In this document: positions 20,510 through 27,753 of the stretch, in pieces
Layout: every line of letters begins with the position of its first letter
Numbering within the stretch: position 1 is the first letter of the stretch
IMG/VR virus record: IMGVR_UViG_3300020046_004077
Reading direction: 5' to 3' (one strand)
Source of the DNA: a virus
Taxonomy: Duplodnaviria; Heunggongvirae; Uroviricota; Caudoviricetes
DNA length: 64,000 bases
Made by a program: the position numbers and the translations under genes
The notes under the pieces: model-generated
Seen by the model: the letters and a program-made list of their open reading frames with translations, nothing else
Databases searched by the model: none
Told to the model about the DNA's origin: nothing

Positions 20510-20869
20510 CTAAAATTCGTACTTACTACCCGGTCTAATAGAAACTACAGTTTTACCCTCAACGTCTTCTATAGGAATAAGGTAGTATCTTCCACCGTGC
20601 TCTGTTCCAAAGTAATCAATATCACTTTTAGTATACTTTATCTTATTATACCCTCCACCATTTGAGTATAAGTTAATCGTAAAAGAACCTGATTTGGTTT
20701 CTCTTGATTTCTTAACCTGTACTCTTTTTAAGTCACCTTCCTTGCTAATAAAAACAAGATCGCATTTATGACCTTCACCAAAAGGTATAAAGGTTAGGTA
20801 ATCTTTTTCCACAAATCGAGAAAGTATTTTTGCTTCAATAATATTCCCTTTTTGACAAGTATTCTTCAT
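20510..20869 (-). CDS. PD-(D/E)xK-like nuclease (possible homing/mobile endonuclease) inside tRNA array
   Basis: 119 aa; E..GHKCDLVF...RVQVKK resembles E/D/K restriction-endonuclease-fold motif; abuts tRNA-Met. Confidence 0.3.
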   Translation of the reverse strand: MKNTCQKGNIIEAKILSRFVEKDYLTFIPFGEGHKCDLVFISKEGDLKRVQVKKSRETKSGSFTINLYSNGGGYNKIKYTKSDIDYFGTEHGGRYYLIPIEDVEGKTVVSIRPGSKYEF

Positions 20870-20870
20870 G

Positions 20871-20944
20871 TAGCGGGACTAGGATTCGAACCTAGGATTT
20901 TGACCTTATGAGAGTCATGAGATAGACCACTTCTCTATCCCGCC
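20871..20944 (-). tRNA. tRNA-Met/Ile2(CAT)
   Basis: Acceptor GGCGGGA/TCCCGCT, anticodon stem TGACT/GGTCA loop CTCATAA, T-arm CTAGG-TTCGAAT-CCTAG. Confidence 0.6.
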
Positions 20945-20950
20945 ATTTAG

Positions 20951-21024
20951 TGCTGAAGGATGGATTTGAACCACCACATACCTCCTTATCAGAGAGGGTT
21001 CTGTACCACTTGAATTACTTCAGC
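20951..21024 (-). tRNA. tRNA-Ile(GAT)
   Basis: Acceptor GCTGAAG/CTTCAGC, anticodon stem CCTCT/GGAGG loop CTGATAA, T-loop TTCAAAT. Confidence 0.6.
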
Positions 21025-21029
21025 TTAAG

Positions 21030-21103
21030 TTCTGCCGGTGGGCCACGATCCCACATCCTCTCGCTTAAAAGGCGAGGGCTCCACCAATTGAGCTACGACA
21101 GAA
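21030..21103 (-). tRNA. tRNA-Lys(TTT)
   Basis: Canonical fold: TCTGTCG-TA-GCTC..GAGC-C-CTCGC-CTTTTAA-GCGAG-..-GTGGG-ATCGTGG-CCCAC-CGGCAGA. Confidence 0.65.
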
Positions 21104-21154
21104 TAAATCTTATCGTAGTCTTTCTTGTCTGATTCCATATCTTTCTTTCCTTTG

Positions 21155-21226
21155 TTGACCCTAGCAGTACCGATCTGCTGTCCTTCTCGTTATGAGCGAG
21201 ACGCGCCTCCATTGCGCCAAGGGTCG
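21155..21226 (-). tRNA. tRNA-Met-like(CAT), C1xA72 mismatch (initiator-like feature)
   Basis: 5' CGACCCT / 3' AGGGTCA with C1xA72, D-stem GCGC/GCGC, anticodon stem TCTCG/CGAGA loop CTCATAA, T-loop ATCGGTA. Confidence 0.5.
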
Positions 21227-21305
21227 ATGTTCTCTGTCTCCCCGGCTAGATTCGAACTAGCATAGTCAGCTTAGAAGACTGACGTCCTTCCATTGAACGA
21301 CAGAG
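21227..21305 (-). tRNA. aberrant tRNA-like gene, anticodon loop CTTCTAA (Arg-TCT-like), possible pseudogene
   Basis: Clear anticodon hairpin TCAGT-CTTCTAA-GCTGA and T-arm GCTAG-TTCGAAT-CTAGC, but the acceptor strands (CTCTGTC / GACAGAG) are displaced by ~6 extra nt (CGGGGA) after the T-arm and the D-arm is short. Confidence 0.35.
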
Positions 21306-21307
21306 AG

Positions 21308-21700
21308 TTACTTCAGATTCTTGAGTTTGTAGAGAGTAGTCTTGATCAGGGACTTAATCTCATCTACTTTGTTCTTGAGATCTGAATCTGAGAATGCTAT
21401 TGATTCCGCCTTAGTGTGTACACTATTCAGGAATTCAATAGCACTTTCAGTGTCTTTAAGGTCTTTCATGGCGTAGCTGGAGTACCCTGTTACTATGCCA
21501 TACTTACCTTGATAAGCTTCTATTAATTCATCAGCCAACCCCACTACTTCTTCGTAGTAACTCCCTAATGCTGCATGTGCTGCATAGGACTTAGTTTGGA
21601 AGTGAAAGATGTGGGCCTGGGTGCTTGAATTGAGCAGCATTGAGAAGAACTCAACGATACTATCAGTTTCCTTAGGCTTCTTTAACTTTAATTCTGCCAT
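21308..21700 (-). CDS. hypothetical protein embedded in tRNA array
   Basis: 130-aa ORF, helical, no motif. Confidence 0.35.
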   Translation of the reverse strand: MAELKLKKPKETDSIVEFFSMLLNSSTQAHIFHFQTKSYAAHAALGSYYEEVVGLADELIEAYQGKYGIVTGYSSYAMKDLKDTESAIEFLNSVHTKAESIAFSDSDLKNKVDEIKSLIKTTLYKLKNLK

Positions 21701-21712
21701 ATTTTACTTTTA

Positions 21713-21785
21713 AGATCCCCGAGTCAGAGTCGAACTGACGAATGGCAGTTTACAAAACTGCTGCTGTAGCCACTGAGCCACCGAG
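21713..21785 (-). tRNA. tRNA-Thr(TGT)
   Basis: Acceptor TCCTCGG/TCGGGGA (2 G-U), anticodon stem GCAGT/ACTGC loop TTTTGTA, T-arm GTCAG-TTCGACT-CTGAC. Confidence 0.5.
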
Positions 21786-21792
21786 GAATTGT

Positions 21793-21864
21793 GCACAGGC
21801 CAAAGGAGTTGAACCTCTAAATCACAGTTTTGGAGACTGCTTATCACGCCTCATGAGGACCTGC
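21793..21864 (-). tRNA. tRNA-Trp(CCA)-like with shortened D-arm
   Basis: Anticodon hairpin GCAGT-CTCCAAA-ACTGT, T-arm AGAGG-TTCAACT-CCTTT, acceptor GCAGGTC/GGCCTGT (2 G-U); D region is 2 nt short of canonical. Confidence 0.35.
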
Positions 21865-22296
21865 GTATTTATATAAATCTTTGTGTCTCTTCCTATGGCA
21901 ATTAGCACACAAGGGAACACACTTTTCTATTTCTCTAAGGACTGCTTCTTTACTACTTCCTATCAATTGACCTACTACATCTTTTTTGGCAGATGGATCA
22001 ATGTGGTGGAAGTCACAGATCTCAGGACAATCTAGAAATGAAACAGTACAATCAGTACAATTTAAGGTTCTTTTATACTTCCAGAACCATTCTTGTAGTT
22101 CCCTTCTTCTTTCTAGCTGTCTAGCTATTTGTTTTTCTTTGTTCTTAACGTACCAAGCATCTCTGTGCTTCTTTACGATTTCTTTATTTTTTGAAGGCAC
22201 GAACAAAGGTACTGCTTTCAAAAACAGTATCCAAATAAAATTTAATATTTGGATACTGAGAGGGTCGTAGTTGAATCGAACAACTGTAGGGCACAT
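21844..22296 (-). CDS. HNH homing endonuclease (start codon uncertain; N-terminal 12 codons of ORF overlap tRNA-Asn)
   Basis: 150-aa ORF with ...CDFHHIDP....KKD...N...LCANCHRKRH (HNH motif: His-Asn-His with Cys pairs); embedded between tRNA genes. Confidence 0.6.
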   Translation of the reverse strand: MCPTVVRFNYDPLSIQILNFIWILFLKAVPLFVPSKNKEIVKKHRDAWYVKNKEKQIARQLERRRELQEWFWKYKRTLNCTDCTVSFLDCPEICDFHHIDPSAKKDVVGQLIGSSKEAVLREIEKCVPLCANCHRKRHKDLYKYAGPHEA

Positions 22297-22332
22297 TAAC
22301 AGTGTGCTGCCTGACCTCTAGGCTAACAACCC
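22261..22332 (-). tRNA. tRNA-Asn(GTT)
   Basis: Acceptor GGGTTGT/ACGACCC, anticodon stem GCACA/TGTGC loop CTGTTAA, T-arm AGTTG-TTCGATT-CAACT. Confidence 0.6.
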
Positions 22333-22337
22333 TTAAG

Positions 22338-22410
22338 CGCATCGTATGGGATTTGAACCCATGATCTCCTGCGTGACAGGCAGGCAGGGACTCCGCTCCC
22401 CTAACGACAC
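22338..22410 (-). tRNA. tRNA-Asp(GTC)
   Basis: Anticodon stem CCTGC/GCAGG loop CTGTCAC, T-arm ATGGG-TTCAAAT-CCCAT, acceptor GTGTCGT/ACGATGC. Confidence 0.55.
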
Positions 22411-22415
22411 GTATG

Positions 22416-22495
22416 TGGACTATGTGGGAATCGAACCCAATCAATCTCCTTGCAAAGGAGTTGGTCTGCCGTTGACATCAAGCCCATAAATAAGA
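22416..22495 (-). tRNA. chimeric/aberrant tRNA-like element (anticodon loop TTTGCAA, Ala-TGC-like), probably a pseudogene
   Basis: Good anticodon hairpin CTCC-TTTGCAA-GGAG and T-arm TGGG-TTCGATT-CCCA, but the 5' strand (GGGCTTG) is not complementary to the 3' strand (ATAGTCC). Confidence 0.3.
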
Positions 22496-22670
22496 AAGGT
22501 TCCCTTTTGAGGAACCTAGCTTACTTTTCACACTTCAATTTTAAACTATAATAAGTAAAGTAAAGTCTAAGCTTGGTTCCCACATAATGTCCCCACTCTG
22601 CCACAATCTCTGGCAAACGTAGTGATAATTATATTAAACCAATTCTTTTTCATTTTCTAATTTAAGTTTG

Positions 22671-22743
22671 TACTCCAGACGAGACTCGAACTCGTTCCTT
22701 AGCCTTGAAAGGGCTACGCCTCAACCTGTTTGGCCTCTGGAGC
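22671..22743 (-). tRNA. tRNA-Glu(TTC)
   Basis: Acceptor GCTCCAG/CTGGAGT (G1-U72), anticodon stem TAGCC/GGCTA loop CTTTCAA, T-arm ACGAG-TTCGAGT-CTCGT. Confidence 0.5.
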
Positions 22744-22842
22744 ATTACGCTCCTCAGCCTCAATGTTCTTGTCTGAAGTAATCATGAAGCAAATGTAGGA
22801 AGCTTGTTTGAAACTTCCAAATTTTATTTAAACTTTTTTTAA

Positions 22843-22916
22843 GTCCCCCAGAGTAGACTCGAACTACATGTGGTTCGCATTTACAGTGCGTCCAACCAGC
22901 CCTGGGCGTTGAGGGA
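22843..22916 (-). tRNA. tRNA-like, anticodon loop CTGTAAA (Tyr-GTA-like), irregular acceptor/D region
   Basis: Anticodon hairpin CGCA-CTGTAAA-TGCG and T-arm GTAG-TTCGAGT-CTAC found; acceptor pairing only with mismatches (CCCAGGG/CTCTGGG) and D-arm not foldable. Confidence 0.3.
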
Positions 22917-22921
22917 GAAGA

Positions 22922-23005
22922 AGAGAGTAAGGGATTCGAACCCTTGGATCGTTAGACCTACAAGTTAGCAACCTGTTGCAATAAACCTGACTCTGCCAAC
23001 TCTCT
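22922..23005 (-). tRNA. tRNA-Ser(GCT), class II
   Basis: Acceptor AGAGAGT/ACTCTCT, anticodon stem ACAGG/CTTGT loop TTGCTAA, long variable arm, T-arm AAGGG-TTCGAAT-CCCTT. Confidence 0.55.
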
Positions 23006-23011
23006 TTGTAG

Positions 23012-23097
23012 AAGAGGGTGTGAGATTCGAACTCACGGACCAGTTACGGCCTCCAGTTTTCAAGACTGGTGCAATAATCCATCTCTACCAACCCTCC
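23012..23097 (-). tRNA. tRNA-Ser(TGA), class II
   Basis: Acceptor GGAGGGT/ACCCTCT, anticodon stem CCAGT/ACTGG loop CTTGAAA, long variable arm, T-arm GTGAG-TTCGAAT-CTCAC. Confidence 0.55.
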
Positions 23098-23103
23098 TTG
23101 TTG

Positions 23104-23192
23104 TGTCCCCAGAAGGCTTCGAACCTTCACGCTACTATTACTTCGCTTCAGATTTTAAGTCTGACGTGTACTGCCAATTTCACCATAGGGAC
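23104..23192 (-). tRNA. tRNA-Leu(TAA), class II
   Basis: Acceptor GTCCCTA/TGGGGAC, anticodon stem TCAGA/TCTGA loop CTTAAAA, variable stem-loop AGCG..GCGT, T-arm GAAGG-TTCGAAG-CCTTC. Confidence 0.55.
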
Positions 23193-23196
23193 AAAG

Positions 23197-23272
23197 TACC
23201 TGTGGCAGGCCTCGAACCTGCAAAATCTCCTGATCCTAAGTCAGGCGCCTTTTCCAATTTGACCACACAGGC
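23197..23272 (-). tRNA. tRNA-Leu(TAG)-like
   Basis: Acceptor GCCTGTG/CACAGGT, anticodon stem CCTGA/TCAGG loop CTTAGGA, T-arm GCAGG-TTCGAGG-CCTGC; variable arm is short for a class II tRNA. Confidence 0.45.
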
Positions 23273-23277
23273 ATTAG

Positions 23278-23348
23278 ACTTCTCGAAGGGGTACGAGCCC
23301 TTACCTGATAGATTCGTATTCTATCGCTCTTCATTAAGCTACGAGAAG
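23278..23348 (-). tRNA. tRNA-Arg(ACG)
   Basis: Acceptor CTTCTCG/CGAGAAG, anticodon stem GATAGA/TCTATC loop ATACGAA, T-arm AAGGG-CTCGTAC-CCCTT. Confidence 0.5.
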
Positions 23349-23352
23349 ATAG

Positions 23353-23426
23353 GTGCTTGACGAGATTTGAACTCGTGATCAGGGAACCACAACCCCTTGC
23401 TTTAGACCTGTCTAAGCTACAAGCAC
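23353..23426 (-). tRNA. tRNA-His(GTG)
   Basis: Acceptor GTGCTTG/CAAGCAC, D-stem GCTT/AAGC, anticodon stem AGGGG/TCCCT loop TTGTGGT, T-arm ACGAG-TTCAAAT-CTCGT. Confidence 0.6.
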
Positions 23427-23428
23427 AG

Positions 23429-23500
23429 TATCAGTATACAGATTCGAACTGTAACTACAGGGACCAAAACCCTAGGTGCTAACCGTTACACCATACTGAC
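23429..23500 (-). tRNA. tRNA-Gln(TTG)
   Basis: Acceptor GTCAGTA/TACTGAT, anticodon stem TAGGG/CCCTG loop TTTTGGT, T-arm TACAG-TTCGAAT-CTGTA. Confidence 0.6.
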
Positions 23501-23502
23501 AG

Positions 23503-23578
23503 TAGCGAATACTGGATTCGAACCAGTGCGTTCAAGCTCCCAAAGCCTGCCGGAAAAACCTGACTTCCGTAATTCGCT
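23503..23578 (-). tRNA. tRNA-Pro(TGG)
   Basis: Acceptor AGCGAAT/ATTCGCT, anticodon stem CAGGC/GCTTG loop TTTGGGA, T-arm ACTGG-TTCGAAT-CCAGT. Confidence 0.55.
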
Positions 23579-23580
23579 AT

Positions 23581-23610
23581 AAAATAAAAAACCCCGCTTA
23601 TCAGGCGGGG
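23581..23610 (-). terminator. rho-independent terminator upstream of tRNA array (minus-strand sense)
   Basis: Hairpin CCCCGC-ttatcag-GCGGGG (23592-23610); on the minus strand it is followed by a T10-type run (rc of aaaataaaaaa at 23581-23591). Confidence 0.6.
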
Positions 23611-23743
23611 CCAAAAACCAATATGAAAAAACACTATATTCCTAATTGATTACACCCCTACCAGTCTCTAAACTGAGATACTGTTGTTGTAGTGAGGGGC
23701 GTAAATGCTTCATGGTGCAAATATAACTAAAGTTAATTACAAG

Positions 23744-24067
23744 TCAAGTCTTTTCTAAACTTTTTTCTTCCAAATACACAATCTTCTTAACAACACCTCT
23801 TGGTATTCTGGAAACGTGGGACAACTGTGATTTATCTTCAAATACAGCCCCGGCAATAAGGATGTAATCTTCTGTCTCGTCAATCAAAGTACCATACTGT
23901 CTAACCGTATAGGATACAGCATTCTGTATATACTCGTGATCAAGGGCTTCATCCAACTCAAGCCAACCGCTGGGAAGATCAACTATATCCTCCCAAATAA
24001 TCATTACTGGTTTATGTAATAACATCTTTCCTCCTTTGCTGGTATGACATGACCACAAGCTGTACAA
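23744..24067 (-). CDS. hypothetical protein
   Basis: 107-aa ORF. Confidence 0.3.
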   Translation of the reverse strand: MYSLWSCHTSKGGKMLLHKPVMIIWEDIVDLPSGWLELDEALDHEYIQNAVSYTVRQYGTLIDETEDYILIAGAVFEDKSQLSHVSRIPRGVVKKIVYLEEKSLEKT

Positions 24068-24210
24068 GGATAACCTTCCGTCATTCTTGTTACCTGCAGT
24101 CTATAATGGTACCTCTTGAAAGTAACTGGTTCATCAGCGATAGGAATCTCATTTCTACAAGCTCCACACTCAGTTACTCTAATTCTTTCTTTTCTTCTTT
24201 GTTTATTCAT
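24004..24210 (-). CDS. small zinc-ribbon protein
   Basis: 68 aa with CGAC....CTAC (two CxxC pairs). Confidence 0.3.
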   Translation of the reverse strand: MNKQRRKERIRVTECGACRNEIPIADEPVTFKRYHYRLQVTRMTEGYPCTACGHVIPAKEERCYYINQ

Positions 24211-25061
24211 GTTTAGACATTATACCCCTCTTTCATGAGGTTTTAACTCATCAGACTAATTAATAACTATCTTTAACCGAGTTTGTGTTTAGCCCACTTC
24301 CTGCTATTCTCTTGCCGTCTCTGGCTGCAGGTCCACGATCTCAATAGTTACCGTTTTCGACACTATCGGGGACACCTCATTTTCAGATCAAGTCCTACTT
24401 CTTACTACCCGACTTCTAGGGTTCATTAGCTTTCGCCCTTTCCAACCCGAACACATTTTATGCGTATGTCTACCCTAAAAAGAAAAAACCCCCTTAGAGT
24501 TTGCGACAACTGACCGGGGGAATAGGTAAACTAATAAATAGAATAATCTTCTTACCTGTCATTTGTCGCAGAGCAAATGTAGGAGAGAAACAGATTCAAA
24601 GCAAGAAAAAAGCAATATTTATTTTTAGCCCCTGGTAGTCAACGTCTTATAAGCAACCCCCCCCCCTCAAAAATATAGTATGTGAGTTGAATGGGGGGCC
24701 CGCTCATAACAACTCCCCCCTAGGTTTGGAAAGAGTTGAGTACCCCCGGGGACATTAGCTGCCAATTTCTCAAATTTGAAAAGAACGAGAGTTGGAACAA
24801 CAGCCAAATGAAGGGGGAATTCAACTTGAACGTTCAACCAAATTCAAAAGCTATGAAAAAGGGTTTAACTGTTGCATTGACCATGATACTGTGGTTCAGT
24901 GCACTTGGATTGCTGTCAACAGTAATTCATTAGAAATCAAGTAGTTGAGGTGCAAAAGCCTCAATTACTTCGTTCAAACGCTCATAAAAACCTTCTCTTA
25001 GGTTTGGAATATACAAGGAATGCTGATGCCTTAAAGTAAGCACAATTTAATAAAACTCGTC
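24211..25061. promoter_or_regulatory. divergent intergenic/regulatory junction between minus and plus transcription blocks (contains C10 tract and GC-rich patch)
   Basis: ~850 nt with only one short ORF; strand switch; segment 24290-24540 is GC-richer than its surroundings; homopolymer CCCCCCCCCC at ~24658-24668 and GGGGGG at ~24693. Confidence 0.4.
24736..24933 (+). CDS. small membrane protein
   Basis: 65 aa, C-terminal TM (GLTVALTMILWFSALGLLSTVIH). Confidence 0.3.
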   Translation: MSTPGDISCQFLKFEKNESWNNSQMKGEFNLNVQPNSKAMKKGLTVALTMILWFSALGLLSTVIH

Positions 25062-25349
25062 ATGGAAACAACAATCAATTACAGCAAAACCAAGATCAGC
25101 GAATCAGGTCGTCAGTACATTCGTGCTGCTGCTCCTGTTTGGGTTGATGGAATCAAAGCCTCTGAAAAAGTGGGTTTTGTGGAAGTACAACCTGAAGCAG
25201 CTGATAAAGCACTTGCTCGGTTTGTAGCAGGTGAACTTGGAGTTGAGTTCTTGGGTTACAATCAGTTGACTGGAAACTACAACGTTGAGGTGAGAGGCCT
25301 GAATGTTGCAGCAACACAGACAGCAGCAACCCTGGAGCACACAGCTTAA
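25062..25349 (+). CDS. hypothetical protein
   Basis: 95-aa ORF, first gene of plus-strand block. Confidence 0.35.
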   Translation: METTINYSKTKISESGRQYIRAAAPVWVDGIKASEKVGFVEVQPEAADKALARFVAGELGVEFLGYNQLTGNYNVEVRGLNVAATQTAATLEHTA

Positions 25350-25435
25350 GGAAAGAGTGAAGGGGCAGAAAAGCCCTTTCTCTTTTGTTTTTAGCACTCA
25401 CTCTATAGTCAGATGCAATTAGATTATTGTTGTAA

Positions 25436-25476
25436 GTGATTGAGTTTGAGTGAGTTGTGAGTTGAGAGAGGTAGCT
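25436..25476. repeat. short GAGTT/GAGTG tandem-like repeats
   Basis: gtgattgagtttgagtgagttgtgagttgagagag; iteron-like. Confidence 0.35.
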
Positions 25477-25558
25477 AATTCATCACTCCCATTTTCACAC
25501 CATTCTAACACTCATTCCAATTCTAATCTTAAATATACAAAACTATTAAGCTAAAGCT

Positions 25559-25813
25559 ATGAATACCACTAAAATACTTGTTGTTGGTGAACTACCAGAC
25601 CCATCTGTATTACACGAGATACAACAAACTCTAAAACAAAATGAACAACAAATCATTATTGTTTCCAACGATACAGACATTTTCAAAGAACCAATTCCAC
25701 TCAAATTAACTGATGAATTAGTTCTACCTATAAAGGTAAAACCTGATATTTTAAACATTAAAAACAGGGATAAAAAGCATTTTCGTGGTCTAAGTAACAG
25801 ACATAAATATTAA
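25559..25813 (+). CDS. hypothetical protein
   Basis: 84-aa ORF. Confidence 0.3.
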   Translation: MNTTKILVVGELPDPSVLHEIQQTLKQNEQQIIIVSNDTDIFKEPIPLKLTDELVLPIKVKPDILNIKNRDKKHFRGLSNRHKY

Positions 25814-25822
25814 CAATCTTAT

Positions 25823-26368
25823 ATGAAAATAGCAATAACAGGTCATAGACCACATAAACTTGGTAATGACTATGATCTTACTAGTCCATTACTTCAGCTA
25901 ATTAAGTATCAAATTGAGAACTTACTAGCTAAGTATGATTTCATGAGTGAAACTGATCTTACGCTAATCACAGGGATGGCATTAGGCATTGATACTCTGT
26001 TTGCTCAAATAGCTATCAGTTTAAGAATACCGTTCATAGCTGCTATTCCTTGTAAAGGACAGTACACACGATGGCCTAAAAAGTCAGTAGATCAATATTT
26101 CAATATCCTGACACAATCCCATGATGTGTTTTTGGTAGACCATAGAGTTTCATTGCACAAAGATTTGGACAATCTTAAAACTTGTCTTTCACCTAGCGGT
26201 AACTCATATTCTACCCAGAAAATGCAACAGCGAAATATCTGGATGGTAAACAACTGTGATCTATTAATTGCAGTTTGGGATGGTTCATCTGGTGGTACAG
26301 CTAATTGTGTAAAATATGCACAATCAGTTGGTAAACAAATTATTCAAATTAACCCAAAGGAGTTATAA
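25823..26368 (+). CDS. YpsA-like SLOG-family protein (DUF1273)
   Basis: 181 aa; N-terminus MKIAITGHRPHKLG closely resembles B. subtilis YpsA MKVLAITGYKPFELG; Rossmann-like ITGMALGIDT and LLIAVWDGSSGGT motifs fit the SLOG/DprA/LOG superfamily. Confidence 0.5.
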   Translation: MKIAITGHRPHKLGNDYDLTSPLLQLIKYQIENLLAKYDFMSETDLTLITGMALGIDTLFAQIAISLRIPFIAAIPCKGQYTRWPKKSVDQYFNILTQSHDVFLVDHRVSLHKDLDNLKTCLSPSGNSYSTQKMQQRNIWMVNNCDLLIAVWDGSSGGTANCVKYAQSVGKQIIQINPKEL

Positions 26369-27130
26369 AACACTAGCTTGTGAACAAAGCAAAGAGGCTG
26401 TAACCAATTTGTACAAAAACACACTCTTTTACAGAAGGGTAACGTAGCGAATAGTTACGTCAGCAAGACTCATAATCTTGCTGAAGCTAATATTAAATTT
26501 ACATGAGGCATGTAGCAAAGCGGGTATTATCACACACAGATCTCTGTGCAGGAAATACAATGTTAAGGTAACAGAGTGTACACCTAGTTGCATATATACG
26601 TAAGTTCGAATCTTACCTTGCCTCCTCTAATTAAGCTAGTTTATGAACAGCCACACACATGAATGTATCACTTTGAGGGTTGCTCCTCATAGCTGAGTCT
26701 CGTAGGTGTAAAGCAGTGAGATGCTGCATTATTATTATTCATTATTAATTCATAACCTAAGTGAATTAATTCTATTACATTTACATCTTAATTGCTGTTT
26801 CAAAGCAGCAACACTTACAAGACTACTATACTTGAGGTATTAGATTTACTAATCCAACACAGTTAGAAATCGGTCTAAGCTTGTATGCAAAGTAAGTAAA
26901 TTTTGAAAAAGGTTGTAGGTAGCGATATAGAAAGAACGGCTAAAGAATTAAAAGTACTTGATCTATGGTTTGAACCTGTATATGAACCAGAGAAGAGGTG
27001 CTACAAATACTTTTACAGTTTGCGGAAGATTGCGATAGCAATGAAGATCTAATTTGTTATGATGGTCATATTGATGGAATTAGACAATATAATGACCTTA
27101 AAAAATGGTTTGAACAAAACGTAAAATAAC

Positions 27131-27334
27131 ATGGAATATATTTTAATCAAATGGCCTGATAGTCAAGGACTTATGGATAAAAGTTGGTTCAAAGAATGTG
27201 TTCTTATGAATGACGCTAATCAGTTTGATACTGTTGGTTACGCAGCATACTTCGTTCCTAAACAATATGCTGATGGATACTTAAAAGAACTTGAGAAGAA
27301 GAAAAACAAAAAACCTAAACTTCAAAAAACATGA
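27131..27334 (+). CDS. hypothetical protein
   Basis: 67-aa ORF. Confidence 0.3.
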   Translation: MEYILIKWPDSQGLMDKSWFKECVLMNDANQFDTVGYAAYFVPKQYADGYLKELEKKKNKKPKLQKT

Positions 27335-27753
27335 AGATTTTAATTAAAGTAACTAAAGACATACTCAAGAAAAGTATGATGTGTGGTTACCATGCGGTAC
27401 CTGAAACAGGTTCTATAAAAGAACTTCAAAAGTCATCAATTGGTTCTAATTGTGCTTTTGCATTAGCTGTGCGCGAAATATGGCCAGAAGCTTGTGTAGG
27501 ACTCAAAATCTACCCTTATTACTATGCTAATGATGGTATCTTAAACATGTCCACGCCCATTCATTTACCTACCAAGGCCTTATTGTACATCAGCAAGTTT
27601 GACGCTTTAATATTAACTCCAGAAAAAAGACTTGAGTTACCTGAAATCTCTGTAGAGATAGATGTGCCGTATTGTATTCTTGAAAAGGTAGGTATCTCTG
27701 AAGTGTATAAAATACTTTCAGAGAGTAAAACTCTTGAATGTGTAAGCATTTAA
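27331..27753 (+). CDS. hypothetical protein
   Basis: 140-aa ORF. Confidence 0.3.
   Translation: MKILIKVTKDILKKSMMCGYHAVPETGSIKELQKSSIGSNCAFALAVREIWPEACVGLKIYPYYYANDGILNMSTPIHLPTKALLYISKFDALILTPEKRLELPEISVEIDVPYCILEKVGISEVYKILSESKTLECVSI

Noticed and set aside
22790-22850. Hairpin GGAAGC...GCTTCC followed by A/T-rich run between tRNA-Glu and the Tyr-like tRNA
   Set aside because: The T-run is interrupted and sits on the strand opposite to local transcription, so it is a weak terminator candidate only.
20950-23360. Plus-strand ORFs overlapping the tRNA array (20950-21132, 21986-22270, 23020-23262, 23103-23360) and minus ORF 22184-22444
   Set aside because: They are fully overlapped by well-folded minus-strand tRNA genes or by the HNH gene, so they are spurious.
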